A stretch of DNA of 64,000 nucleotides, from the NCBI GenBank assembly GCA_016748015.1, contig JAAOMT010000470.1, positions 62,001 to 126,000 of the forward strand, read 5' to 3'. The position numbers were made by a program, and so were the translations under genes. Shown here piece by piece: positions 1 to 12,779 of this stretch (within the stretch, counting starts at the first letter, position 1; the number at the start of each line of letters is the position of its first letter). Source of the stretch: Geosiphon pyriformis uo1 (Eukaryota > Fungi > Glomeromycota). The notes under the pieces are model-generated. The model did no database searches. It was not told where the DNA came from and saw nothing but the letters and a program-made list of their open reading frames with translations.

Positions 1-299
1 ATTGATATTCAAATAGAAAATAAAATTAAAAAAAAGTACAAGTTTATAAAAAAAGTGTTATTGAATATGCTAAAACAATTAAAATATTAATAAAACAGAT
101 TAACTTAAAAAAAATCAAATAGAAAAACAGAAAATATATTCATTTATAAAAGGATTAAAAACAAACTTATTCTGTGTTATATAATCTTTTTTTATTATTA
201 AAGATAAATTTATCTTGAATTCAACAATAAAAATAGCACAAAAAATTAAAGACAATTAATAAATATATTTAGAAAACATTATTTTTTTTCTTAATAACT

Positions 300-3200
300 G
301 CTTTAATCTTTGTTTTTTTTTCTTAATTGGTCTTTGTATTATTTACTACTTATGTTCAAGATCCAAGTAAACAATTAATAAATAGATTAACAACAAATTT
401 GTTTAACTTTTAAAACTATTAACTAAAACAGTCAAAAAAAATAAAAAATCTTAAAAACTTTAATATTAATTTCGTTATAATTAGTTACAGCAGTTTTAAT
501 ATAACTCAAAACCCAAAAAACAAGGTTTTTTTGTTTCTTATTAATGTGAAAATACTGGCTATTTAGCGCAAAATTGTAATAATTTTTTAATATTTCTTTT
601 AATTTTAAAAAATAATTAACCAAACAATAAAACTAATAATAACTAAAATCTTAATCCAAATACAAATCAGGTTGACATAAATTTTTTTAAAAAAAATTTT
701 TTAATTAAAGCAAAAAAATATTAATCTTTAAACTAATAAATATATTTTTTAAAGATAAAGATATAGGCTAAAAAAAATAATTTCTTATTTTGTTTTAATT
801 TAATAAATAATAATACAGAAATACAAAAAACAGTAACAAGTTATTAAGTTATATTTGATCTAAGAAACAGAAAGTAAAATTTAAATTAGATTTTAATACT
901 ATTATTTTAATATTTAACAACATAAATAAAGTCTTGAAAATAAAAATTTTCAAAAATTTATCAAAATTAAAACTACTAAAAATCATTCAAAAATTAGACA
1001 CATATTCAGTTGTAAAAAATTTGATAAAAATATTTATATATATTATTTTTAGTTAACTTATAACACATTCTTAATTTCAAAAAAATCTTAAAAAATTATT
1101 AATATTCAAAAAAAACCCTAAAACTAATAAATACTTTTAATAAATAACATTAATTCTTAGTAATAATATTATTTTCCTCATTTATAAGACTTAAATTACT
1201 AATTATTACATAGATTTAATATTATATAATAGCGTTTTAATCAATATTATACTTAGTATTTTTTTGATATAATTAAAAAAAAAATTAATTTAACTTATGA
1301 TTAATATTTATAAAAACAAGAAAAAAGTCTAAAAATTGTTAAAGCTGTTCTTATTCAAATTAATGAAGTTTATATTAAAACTAATATAAAAGTATTAAAA
1401 ACAAAAGATTATATCATAATTGTTGAAAATAATTAATTAAAAAAACAAAAGCTCTTTTTAATTATAAACTTTATAAACTTATAATTTAAAATAAGTTTTA
1501 ATTAAATGTTATTATTAAACTGTTTTTTTTGCTGTAATTTAATAACAACAATAAAACAGTAATAATAATAACTCTAATTATTTTAAAAACTCTAAAAAAA
1601 AAAAAAAAAGATAAAGATAAAAAAACCAAATTAGTTTTTATTATTTTCAGTAATAATAGTAATTCTTTGAATAATATATAAGCTAACAATAAAGAATTAA
1701 TTTTTAATAGAAAATTATTTATTGGCTATATTATAATATATTCAAAAAAATATTCAAATATCAACTTAAAAAAAAGCAAAATAGATTTATTAATAATATT
1801 ACTTATGTACTTAATACTAATACAATTATTTTTTTTACTCTCTAAGTAATAAATATAAGTATTGTTTATTCTTTTTTAAGATTTAAAATTAATTAGTTTA
1901 GTTTCTAATAAAAAAATTAAAGTTGTACAAAATTATTTAAAAAAAAATATTTGAAATTCAATTTTTGATAATTAAATAAAAAAAACTCAGTAAAAATAAC
2001 CAAAAAATTAATATTAAAAATATGTTAACAAAAAATAAAACAGTAATATCAAAAAAAAGAGAATGTTTTGGCCAGCTAAATTTTATTTAATATATAATTG
2101 AAACCAAAAATATTCAATTAATTTATTTAAAACTCTATTAATTAAATCAATAAAATAATAAATTCAATAAAAAAAATAAACTGAATAAATAACTTAGATT
2201 TATATAAGAAACTAAGAACAAATAAGCATATTTTGTTGTAGTAATATTTAAAAAAAGTAAATTTCTATAATTTTTTATAGCTTACTAATAATTAAATATA
2301 ATTACTAAACAAGATATATATCTTTTTTTAAGATTAATAATGCTCTTAATCAATTTGAAAGCTTAAGATATTTTATAATAATTGATTTAACTATTAGATT
2401 TTGGCAAATAAAAATAAATTTTGTTAGTAAAAAAACCATATTTATTACAAAATATAGAACTTACAAGTTTACAGTAATGTTTTTCGAATTAACAAATATC
2501 TTATTCATATTTTAAAAATTAATAAATAAAGTATTCGAATCAAAACATTAAAAATTTGTTTCTGTATACTTAAATAATATAATTATATATTCAAAAACAT
2601 GAGATAAAAATCTAGAATATTTTCAAAAAGTATTTAATTTCCTAAAAAATGCTGAACTCAAAATCAATTTCATTAAATTATTTTTCAAAAACAGTTTATT
2701 TAGTTTTTAAAACATTTTATAACAAAAAATGAAAATTTTCTAAATTCAACCAAAATCAAAAAAGTACAAAAACTTAAACAATTAATAAATATTTCAAAGC
2801 TATAATTTTTCTTGAAATTAGTTTTATATTATCAAAAATTTATTAAAAATTTATTAAAAATTTCTTTAAAATTACATATCTACTTAATTAGTTTTTAAAA
2901 AAAATTGTTAATTATTATTGAAGTACTTTTTAACAAAAAACATTTAAAATTTTTAAGACAAAACTAACTATCAAGCCAATTTTAAAACAATTTGATTTTA
3001 ACAAATTATTTATCTTTTATACTAATGTTTCTAATGTTTTTTTGGTATTATTTTATTACAAAAAAATAAAGAAAAAATAAATAAATCATAATTTATGGTA
3101 ATAGAATCTTAAAACAAACAGAAAAAAATTATATAACTAAAAAGCAATATTATAGTTTATTAATTATTGAAATAAGTATTTTATAAAAAAATTTTTTGAT

Positions 3201-5400
3201 ATGTATATTAATTATTAATCTTTGATTTAACTAAAAAACAAAAAAAGTTAGATCATAAAAGGCTTTTTTATTAGATTATTTACTTAGACAAATATAACTA
3301 TAATATTAAATATTAAGAAAAAATAAGCAATCAAAATACAAATATTCTATTTTAATTAATTATTCAATAAAATTCAGTTAAATAAATATTAATCAATTGT
3401 TTTAATTAGCAACAAATAAATAGATTTGAAAAATTATTTAGCATTTATTAAATTTTTGAGTAAAAAACAATACTTGTTAGAATATAATTAACACCAAAAA
3501 AATACTTACAAAACAATTAAATTTTTATTTGATTTATTAGAATTAATTATATAAAAGAACTAACAAAATTCTAACTGACTACAAAAAATTATTCGATTTG
3601 AGAAAAAAAAAATTATAATATATAATATATATATTAATTTTTTAACAGAACATTTTAGAAAAACAAAAACTGCTTAAAAACATTATTAAAATATTATTAG
3701 CCAATATTAAAAAAAAATATAACAAAATATATTAAAACTTGTAATATTTGTCAATAAAAAAAAACATTTAATTGAAAAAAAAATATTTATCTTATATTTG
3801 TTAATCAATTTTTTACAGAATTGGAATTAATATTGTTAAATCTTTAACAATAATTCTTGATAAAAATAAATATATTATAATAGCAACTAATTATTTAATA
3901 AAATATATAAAAGCCAAAGCAATATCAAACCAAATAGCTATTTTAATTATTAACTTTATATATAAAGAAATTATATATAAATATAGATGTTTTTAAGAAC
4001 TGTTTTTAAATAGAGAAAAAGCTTTTTTTAATTCATTAGTAAAAAAACTTAGAATACATTACAAACTTTTTTTTTCTTATTATTTACAAACCAATAAATT
4101 AATAAAATATTTTAATCAAACACTTTGTGACACTTTAATAAAGACCAATAAAAATACAAACCTCTAAGACAAAGTTTTGTTTTTAATTTTTTTTGCTTAT
4201 AGAACAGTAAATTATAATATAATTAGTTATAAACTCTTTTACTTACTTTATAAATATATAATAATACTATTTATTAAAACAGATATTAAAACAATACTTT
4301 TTAAAAAAATAACTAAAATTAATTATAAAAACATTTTACAATAAAAATTTGGAACAATTCTAGACTTTTTAATAAAAACAAGAATAATAATATACAAAAT
4401 AATAAAAACTTTTTAAAAAAAACTCAAGAAAAAAAAATATATAAAACACTTTTTTTAAATATTGATAACTTAGTTTTTAAATAGATATCAAACTAAAACA
4501 ATATTTTTGGTAACAAATTTTTAATTAATAAAAAAGATTATTTATAATTAACAAAGTTTTAAACAATAAATCTTATATTTATAAAACTAAAATAATTTGA
4601 TTAATCTGTTTATAGTATATAAATTAAAAAGTATTACAAAAAAACCAATTGGTTACTAATTATTGTAACATTCAAAATAATTAGCAGTAAAACAATAAAA
4701 CAATTATAAAAAGAGTTAGTTTAGTTTTAAAAACAGATATATTTTTAATTAGCATAAAAAAATATTTCTTTAATCATAATATTTAAAACGCTTTTATAAT
4801 TTATAATTATTAAACAAAAAACTATTCAAACACTTTATTTACAATCGGAGAACAAATAACAATTAAAAATAAAATTAGAATATATTCTGTAATTAATTTT
4901 CGAAAATCTGTTATAAAAAGACAGAAAATTGGCAATAAATTAGAAAAATACATATGTGAATATATAACTGCCAAAATACTTACTTTTTTTGATACAATTA
5001 AAAAAAACTAAATAAATTATTACTTATAAACAGAAAATTATTAATATATAGAAAACAACTTAAATAATATAAAAAACTTAGTAAAATTATAAAATATATA
5101 AAACTATTAAAGAAAACAACTTCAAAAATTCAAACAAAAATCTTAAATATTGTATGTTTAAATATTCTAAGAGTTTTAATTATTGTAAAAAGAGCCAAAA
5201 CACTTATATAAAGATTTGGTCTTATAAATTTAAAACTAAAATTACTTTAATTTTTTTATATTCTTTTAGCCAAAGATTTTAGCAAATTAGTTAGCTTTGA
5301 GATAAAAACTTCCAAATAATTAATGTAATTAGTAATTATTTTTGATTGTATATAAGCAAAACATATTAAAAATTGTAAAAAAGCAATTATATTCAAATTA
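300..5400 (+). mobile_element. Ancient, heavily mutated Ty3/gypsy retrotransposon relic (protease, RT, RNase H, integrase, ORF3 remnants)
   Basis: Decayed motifs in gypsy order. Protease-like region ~1310-1450. RT: 'IDL..RFWQIK' ~2380, 'FITKYRTYKFTVMFFELTN' ~2440, 'FVSVYLNNIIIYSKT' (YLDD relic) ~2555. RNase H 'FDFNKLFIFYTNVS' ~2990. Integrase 'KTCNICQ', 'RIGINIVKSL', 'KYIIIATNYL' ~3735-3900. No open frame; LTRs not identifiable, so ends are approximate. Confidence 0.8.
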
Positions 5401-6231
5401 TACTTAAATCAATACAATAATATTAACATTTTTATTTCTTTTTTACTATTTTTTCTTTTTTTTTTGATTCATATAATTGTTAGTTTTTGTAAAATATATT
5501 AAATAAATATTTACTAAAAAATACAATTAATAAATTTTAAAAACACTAATATAAAACATAGAATTATATTAGTGTGTTATTTTTTGTTAATAATATAGCT
5601 TATTTTTTTTTCAAATTTTTTTATTATCTTTTAAAAAAATAATAACTGAGATATTTATAATTAATTTTATATTTTAAATTCTTATTAATTCAATTTATTA
5701 AAGTTAAATTATTTTTTTTATTATTTTATTATTATACAATACTATTTTTTTTTGTTATTTATTAGCTTATTAATTTAATTATAACAATATTATTAATTTA
5801 AAGTAAATATTAATTAAATTATATCTTAAAATTTTAAGAAAATAAACATATTTTTAAACTTATTTATTTGATAAAAAAGTTGTTTAACAATCTTTAATTA
5901 ATAATTAAAATTTTTTTTTAAAACAGCTAATATACTAATATTTAATATAAATAATTTTACTAATATAAAACTTTATTTTTTTAATTAATAAAAAAATTTG
6001 GTCATTTATATTAAAAATTAATAAAAATAAATTTAATACTTTATTATTACTTGTATTATTTAAAAAAAAGTGACAATTTTAATAAATTATAAATTATAGT
6101 ATAAATTTAACATAATATTGTGTTGACTATAATAAGAGTGAAAATTTATTAAAGATTTAACAAACCTTTTTTTTTCCTTTCTTATTCACTTTTTTGTAGT
6201 TATTTTTTTTAATACACCTGTCTTTATTGTT

Positions 6232-6623
6232 ATGGAACTGGTAGGCTTTTCTGCTGGTGGTTCTGTTTTGGGTTCGACTGGTTTGGGGACCTGCCTAAAC
6301 ACTAAGAAGAAGTACATAGAAAGTATCTACTCTCATGCTGCATTATATAAGAAACCAAAAAAATCTGAAGCTGGTGATGTTTTAGTCAATTCATCTATTG
6401 GCCCTTTGGCACTAAAAAATATTAGCATTTCTGGCGATAAGCCTACAGTATCCTGAGAAAGTGAGATTGGAAGTGTTGTTAGCAGTGTAAGTGGTCTTTC
6501 AGATATTGAGAATATGGCAAACACAGTTGCCGAGAAAACAAGCTATGCTGAATCAGGTAAGGACGACAATATAAACAATATTATGCCAAGAAAAACTTGC
6601 ACCTGAATGTATGTGTTGGACAA
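6232..6623 (+). pseudogene. LINE ORF1, N-terminal part
   Basis: MELVGFSAGG... continues through in-frame stops to ...YVLD plus AA at 6622-6623. Joined to 21677 (-) it reads VLDNLLKASMFD in frame. Confidence 0.75.
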
Positions 6624-7290
6624 TAATAATTGTAATAAAAAAATAAAATAAAAATATAAAAAATATAAAAAAAATAAAATTTTATCAAGGGAAACGTTTT
6701 CTATCCAGGCCTGGAGTCACTAACAAATTATTGAAATTGGTAGCTAATCAATTTCAAAATGTTAGTTGTGTTGAGGAAATTTCAAGTGTAATAATTTAAA
6801 GATTTGTTTTTTAAATATTTAATTTTTATTTGAATATGTAAAAAATGATTTGTTTCAATTAAAATATCTAAAGTAAAGTATTATGATAAAATACTATGAG
6901 AAGATATATTTTCTTGAAGAGAGAAGCTTTTTTTTTATACAACCTGTTATAGTACTAGTCTTTGAACTTGCACTTTTCTTTTTGCTACAATTTGGGTAAA
7001 CTAAAGATACATTTTGGCAAACTACAAGTTAATTCACTGAACTATTGATTATTTTGGCAAATTTTCATTAATTTCGACAAATTTTGACTATGTTAAATGG
7101 TTCAAGATATTGTGTAATTTGATCATCTTAATTTCTAGAGTACAGATCGAATTATTGATTGAGTAATAATATTTGATAATTTGATTAAATAATAAATGAT
7201 AATCAAAATAATAATGATATATGCTAATTAATAATAGAAATTATAAGAATAATTTCATGCTAATTAATAGCTAAAATTCTACTGGTAACA
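6624..7290 (-). repeat. Gypsy-A 3' LTR, proximal part
   Basis: Direct repeat of 15516-16157 with mostly transition differences and one ~26-bp indel; preceded by the PPT. Confidence 0.92.
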
Positions 7291-7926
7291 TAATCTCCTT
7301 CTTAAGAATAAGCTCTGTTAAAGTCCAAGTACTATTTGTGATATTAAGATAGTGGTCCAAGATAATTGAAGTGATCTGGTCTGAAAATTGTTGAAATTTC
7401 AGTTCTGTGAGCTTTTTAATGTACTAAATCTTTATTAGATGGAGTATTGAGTTTTGTAGAATGTTTTCACAAGTGTTGAATAAATTATAGAGTTTAAATG
7501 CTGCTCTAAGTTTGTAGCAAGTGTTTGTTGATCCAGCTGCTGTCTTGAATTTATTGTGAATTTGTTTTTGTATAGCCTCAGAAGTGATGTTGGTTGCTTT
7601 AAGTTCCAGTTTTCGTTTATAAAAGGTTTTTCCAATAGGAAAATATCTATATATAAAGATATGTTCATTGTTTTGTTCATTAAGAAATAGTAGAAGTTTT
7701 TGTTGTATTGTGATATTGGGTAGAATGTCAATAGAAGCAGATAAAAGATTTTCTTTTAGAAAAGTTTTGGTAATTGATTTTTAGAGTAACTTTTTGTTTT
7801 TTTTCTATAAGGATGATAATTTTGAGAATTATTTACTACTGGGGCTGTGGTTTCTTTCTGAATGTAAATAATTTGACTTCCATTAATCGTTATGGATAAG
7901 TTAGGAAGTGTTTTCAAAGCTAACAT
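7291..7926 (-). pseudogene. Gypsy-A accessory ORF3 (~210 aa, unknown function)
   Basis: ATG at 7926, one frameshift in the poly-A near 7800 and two stops. Reads ...YFPIGKTFYKRKLELK...KLRAAFKLYNLFNTCENILQNSILHLIKI*YIKKLTELKFQQFSDQITSIIL. Homologous to 28113-28460. Confidence 0.7.
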
Positions 7927-8129
7927 TAATTTTTGGGATATTTGTTGAATATTTTGGGGAATAATTATAATAAAAATGACTAACTAATAAACAAAATTGA
8001 GAAAAATAAAGAAAATTATTTTTGGATATGAAGTTTTTATTTGTTTTTGGGTTTGAGTGTTTTTGTAATTATTTACTATTTTTGTCTTTGTGTATTATTA
8101 AAAGAATTATTATAAAATTATGTTGAATT

Positions 8130-10900
8130 AAGTGTTCAAGTTTGGTTGTTGTTCTATTATAACTATTGGTTCTAAATTTTGGAAAATATCTTCAGGATTA
8201 ACTAAAGGGGAATATGTACCAATTTGTGGAACTAATGGTTCAGGATTATTTCTGGAATGATAATGTTTCAATCTATCTCTATGTACAACTTTTGCTAGTA
8301 TTTTGTTATCAAGTCTTAACTTGTATGATCCATTGCCTAGAATTTCATGAATATAAAATGGTCCATCCCATTTGTTTTCAAATTTTCTACTCCATTGTTT
8401 TTCAGTCTTAGTTCTGTATAGGAGAACTTTATTTCCAATTTTAAATTCGTTAATTATGGATGGTAATTTGTTGTCATGTCTTTTTTTTGTTGAACTTGAG
8501 AATGTTTAATATGAGTTGCTGCTATCCTTCTTTTTTCTTTTAGTGTACTAAAAAGAGTATAGGCTCTTCTTTGGGAGTGTTTCTTGAAAGTTTTCTTCAT
8601 TGATTGGTTGTACTGAATATGTTTTTACTATTAAATTAATTGGTAATATTGCTGTCTTTCCATAAGTAAGATCAAATAATATGTGTTTTATAGTATTTTG
8701 TTTTAGTATTCTGTATGCTAGTAACACTAATGAAATAAAAATATTCCATTTCTGCTCAAAATCTGTTGAGACTTTGGCTAAAGATTTACACAATGTTCTA
8801 TTGAAACGTTTTACAAGTCTATTTGTTTGAAGGTGATAAAGTAATAATAGAGGTTTTTTGACATTGAATTGTTCACAAATTTTTTGTATCAAGTTGTTCA
8901 CAAAATGTGTTCTTTAATCTGATAAGAATTCAATTGGACATTTATGTCTACAAATAATGTCTTCATAGATGAAATTTGCTACTGATTTTACATCTGCTCT
9001 TTGAATGACTTTAGCTTCAGACCATTTGGTAAAATAATCTATTGCAACTGCAATATAATGATTTCCTTGAGTTGTAATAGGTAATGGTTTAACTAAATTA
9101 ATTTTAACTCTGTTAAAAAGTTGTCTAACTTTGATTGAATTTAAAGATTCTGTGGGGCAAGTTCATTCTTTTCTTTGACAACTATTACAAGATTCTATAT
9201 ATTGTCGAATGTCTTTTTGCATGTGAGGCCAAAAATAATGTTCAAGTATTCTTTGGATTGTTCTATCTCTTCTCAGGTGTGTTGAGAATAGATCTGAGTA
9301 CATGTTGTATAGGATTGTTTCTTTTTCATTTTTTTGTATTAATCTGAGTGATTGGTTTTGGTTTTTGTGATTTTTGTAATAGATTTTGTTGTAGTGTATG
9401 AAATATTGTTTGGATTGATGTTGTAATTGATGTTTTTTACTTGGAGACCAATTTTCTGGCATAGTAAGAGTCTCCAAATAGTTTTTAAGATTGATGTAAG
9501 TTCTGAGATCCATTATTGTTTTGTTGTTTTGTTGGTAGTAGTAAGTTGTAGTAGAATTGTTAGTGGTGTTAATCTTGTCTCATTCTTGAGAGACTATCAA
9601 TATTGGTGTGTAGTTTTTCTGGTTTGTAGTGTACAATGTATTTGTAGTCTGCTAGGAAATTATTCCATCAAGACTGTTTGGCACTTTGTTTAGTTTTCTT
9701 TTTATTGAGTCATTTGAGGCCAATATTGTCAGTTATAATGTCAAACTCTTTTTTATTTTTCAGGTATTGTTGAAAGTGTTTGAGAGCCCAAATGATTGTA
9801 GTGGCTTCTAGTTCAGTTGAGCCATATTTGAGTTCTGTTGGTTTGAGTGTTCTACTAGCATAAGCAATGCCTTATTTCTGGCCATTTTCATTCAATTATA
9901 ATAGAATGGCACCAAATACTATGTGTAAAGCATCAGTAGCTAGTTGGAACTATTTGTTGAAGTCTGGGTAAGCAAGAACTGGAGCTGTTGTCAATCTTGT
10001 TTTAAGAGTTTTAAATGCTTTTTGTTGTTCTTTTGTTCATTTGTATGGCACATTTTTGTTGGTAATATAATTAAGTGGTTTGGCAATTTCTGAGAATTCT
10101 TTGATGAATTTTCAATAATAGGAGGCTAATTCTACAAATCCTCATAGCTCTGTGGTATTTTTGGAAGTTTGGAAGTTTGAAAGTTTTTGACAGCACTGAT
10201 TGTTCTAGAATTTGGTTTGACTCCATCTTTGTTAACAATGTGTCCAAGAAAGATTAGGCTTGTTTTTCCAAAGTGACATTTTTCAATATTCAACTTTAAT
10301 TTTGCTTTCCATAATCATTAAAAAACTTCTTGCAGATAAATAAGATGAGCTTCAAAGCTTGGTAAATGCACATTAGTGTTATCAAAGTAAACAATTACTG
10401 ATTGCCATAAGAGTTTTTTATATACAACATCCATGAGTTGTTGAAATGTTGCTGGTGCATTGTAGAGTCTAAAAGGCATAACATTGAATTTGTAGTTCTC
10501 TTTTTAAGTGGTAAATGCTGTTTTGGATCAATCTTTTGGATTTATTTTGACTTGCCAGTATCCACTTTCCAAGTCTAAAATTGAAAAGAACTTGGCTTTT
10601 CCTAAAGCATCTAATATGTCATCAATTCTTAGAAGAGAATAAACATCTCCAATTGTTACACTATTAAGCTGACAATAATCTACACAGAATTTGATTTTTC
10701 TGTTTTTTTTTTAACAAAAACTACTGGTGAAGCCCAAGGACTTCTTGATGGTTGGATTAATCTATTATTGAGCATTTTTTGTACTTCTTTTCTGATGAAT
10801 TGTTGGCTGGCAGGTGGCACTCAATAAGCTTATTGTCTTTTTGGTGGAGCATCTCCTGTGTGGATCTGATGTTGAACAATATTAGTTTTTCCAAGATCAT
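8130..10900 (-). pseudogene. Gypsy-A reverse transcriptase, RNase H and integrase
   Basis: RT: 'SPWASPVV', 'FCVDYCQLN', 'LDLESGYWQV', 'VMPFRLYNAPATFQ', 'VYFDNT'. RNase H: 'LATDA', 'ELEATTIIWAL'. Integrase: HHCC relic 'YIESCNSCQ', 'IDYFTKWSEAK', 'QTNRLVKRFNRTL', 'KWDGPFYI'. No chromodomain seen. Confidence 0.92.
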
Positions 10901-11424
10901 TGTTGTCTTTTGCAAATATGTCAGTGAATTCAGCTATTAGTTGTTTCAATTGTCTTTGTTGTTGGGATTTTAAAGGATCCATGTTGATTCAAGAAAGTTT
11001 TTCTTCTATTAAGTAATAGTTTTCAGTAGTAAGAGTGATGTTTGGATTTAGAAGTAGAGTATATCTTATAATTTCGATAAAATTAGAGACAATTTGAGGG
11101 TTTTCATCTTGGAAAATATTGCTGTGTATGATTCTAATTTCTAATTTATTTAATAAAACAATAGAGTAATTATTGGGATTGTAGAAAGTGACTTGAAATT
11201 TTTTCATTCCTTTGGGAATATAAATGTTTGGAATTGAGATTTTATGCTTCAAACAGATTTGTTCATTGGACTCAAAGATTTGTTGGGTGGTGGTGGGTTT
11301 TGAGCAATTATAGATTTCGTAATATTCACCAAAAGGTGAAATAATAATTGCTTGGGGAAGTTGAAGAATCTGGTGAGATTTTTTCTGTGCATTAAGAGCT
11401 ATGTTTATTGGTACTGTAAATTGT

Positions 11425-11830
11425 TTAGTTAAACCAAAACCTTAAATTCTTCTTTCACTTTTTCTTAATTGTTCTCTGTTGTTTACTGATTGTAAATCCG
11501 AAATATTGATTAAGAGTAGATAAATTGCTTGAGCAATCTTTTCAGCATGTTCAATCCTGAATGATTTGTCTGTTTCATTCTGTAATATGATGATAATGTT
11601 TCTAGTATATCCTGCATCTATAACTCCTCTTCTAATGTTAATTTCTTTGCTTGCCAATAATGATTTGGATGCAATTTGAACCATTGTTCTAGATGGAATT
11701 TTAAGAGCAATTTTGAGGTTGATTTTTGTCAAGAATTTTGGTTGAAGAACCAAAGTGTCTTTGCCAAGATATTTGAGATCATATCCTGCATCAATTTTGT
11801 GGGCTTTTTCTGGTTTTATTCCTTGCCCAT
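11425..11830 (-). pseudogene. dut: Gypsy-A dUTPase domain
   Basis: All five trimeric dUTPase motifs in order: DAGYDL, ASKSLLA, GVIDAGYTRNI, KIAQAI, SERRI*GFG. Confidence 0.9.
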
Positions 11831-12779
11831 TGTTGTCAAAGTATTTGTGTTGTATAGCAGGCTGGTTTTCAGTAAGATAAATTGGTGTGGTTGCAATTTC
11901 TTTTTTTGTTTCCTGTTTTCCAAATTCAATTTTTTTCTGGTCATTTTCGCTGAGTAAGGCGATACTAAAAGCATAGCATTTTGAACACCATTTGTCATTA
12001 CAAGGCATGATACATTCTTTACATAATTGAATGTTCATTTGTTCTAATCATTGAATTTGAGCTTCTTGGGTTAGATATGTGTGGCTTGCAATTTGGTGGT
12101 ATGTCTCTATCTTATTTTCATAGTTGAATCTAGTTAATTCCATTGTATATTCAATGTACTTAGCTTCTTTCATTTGATGGACATCTTTCTGTATGGCTTT
12201 ATTAATTAAAGCCATTGCTAAATCAAAGATCATTTCAGCATCATGAAAATAGTGGTAAAGTTTGTTGAGAGCACTGTTATATGCTGCATCAAAAGGTGTT
12301 TCTCTTTTAACTTTTTCCGAAATTGATAAAGCATATTGGCAGGTTTGGTCACATACTTCTCCTCTTATTGCAACATTAATCCAGTTACATTCTTCTGGTA
12401 GCATATCTTTACATGTAAAACAAGAAGTATTGTCCTATTTTCTACTTTTTTTGGGATATCTAAATCGTTCTCAATAGCATGTTTTACAAAAGTAACAGGT
12501 GTGAGTTTCATATTTTTCTTCTAAAGAAATACATGCTTCCATTAATAAAAGTTTCTTTTTGCAATCTCTGTATTTGAGTGGGATATAGGATAGTTGTTTC
12601 CTTGGTTCTGGTGTAGAGTATTAAACAACATTCTATCTTTTGGTTTTCTCAAAGATTTCTTGTTCCGTTTCTTTGGCCCAACTGGATGTTGATCTAAGAA
12701 CCATAAAGGTTTCAATGGTTGGTAGTTCTTTTTTCTCTTCAAATTCGAATACTGGGGTTTTTTCAGATTTTTTATTAAA

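Noticed and set aside
432-1689. Short K/N/I/F/L-rich ORFs, and antisense ORFs throughout the window
   Set aside because: They are compositional noise in AT-rich DNA or shadows of real frames on the other strand.
5880-6124. Possible RT N-terminus continuing the 30.5-kb relic across the LINE insertion
   Set aside because: Only a faint resemblance; too degenerate to support by eye.
7435-7731. 98-aa ORF from the track as ORF3 or env
   Set aside because: The frame conserved with Gypsy-B is a different one, and there is no signal peptide or TM segment.
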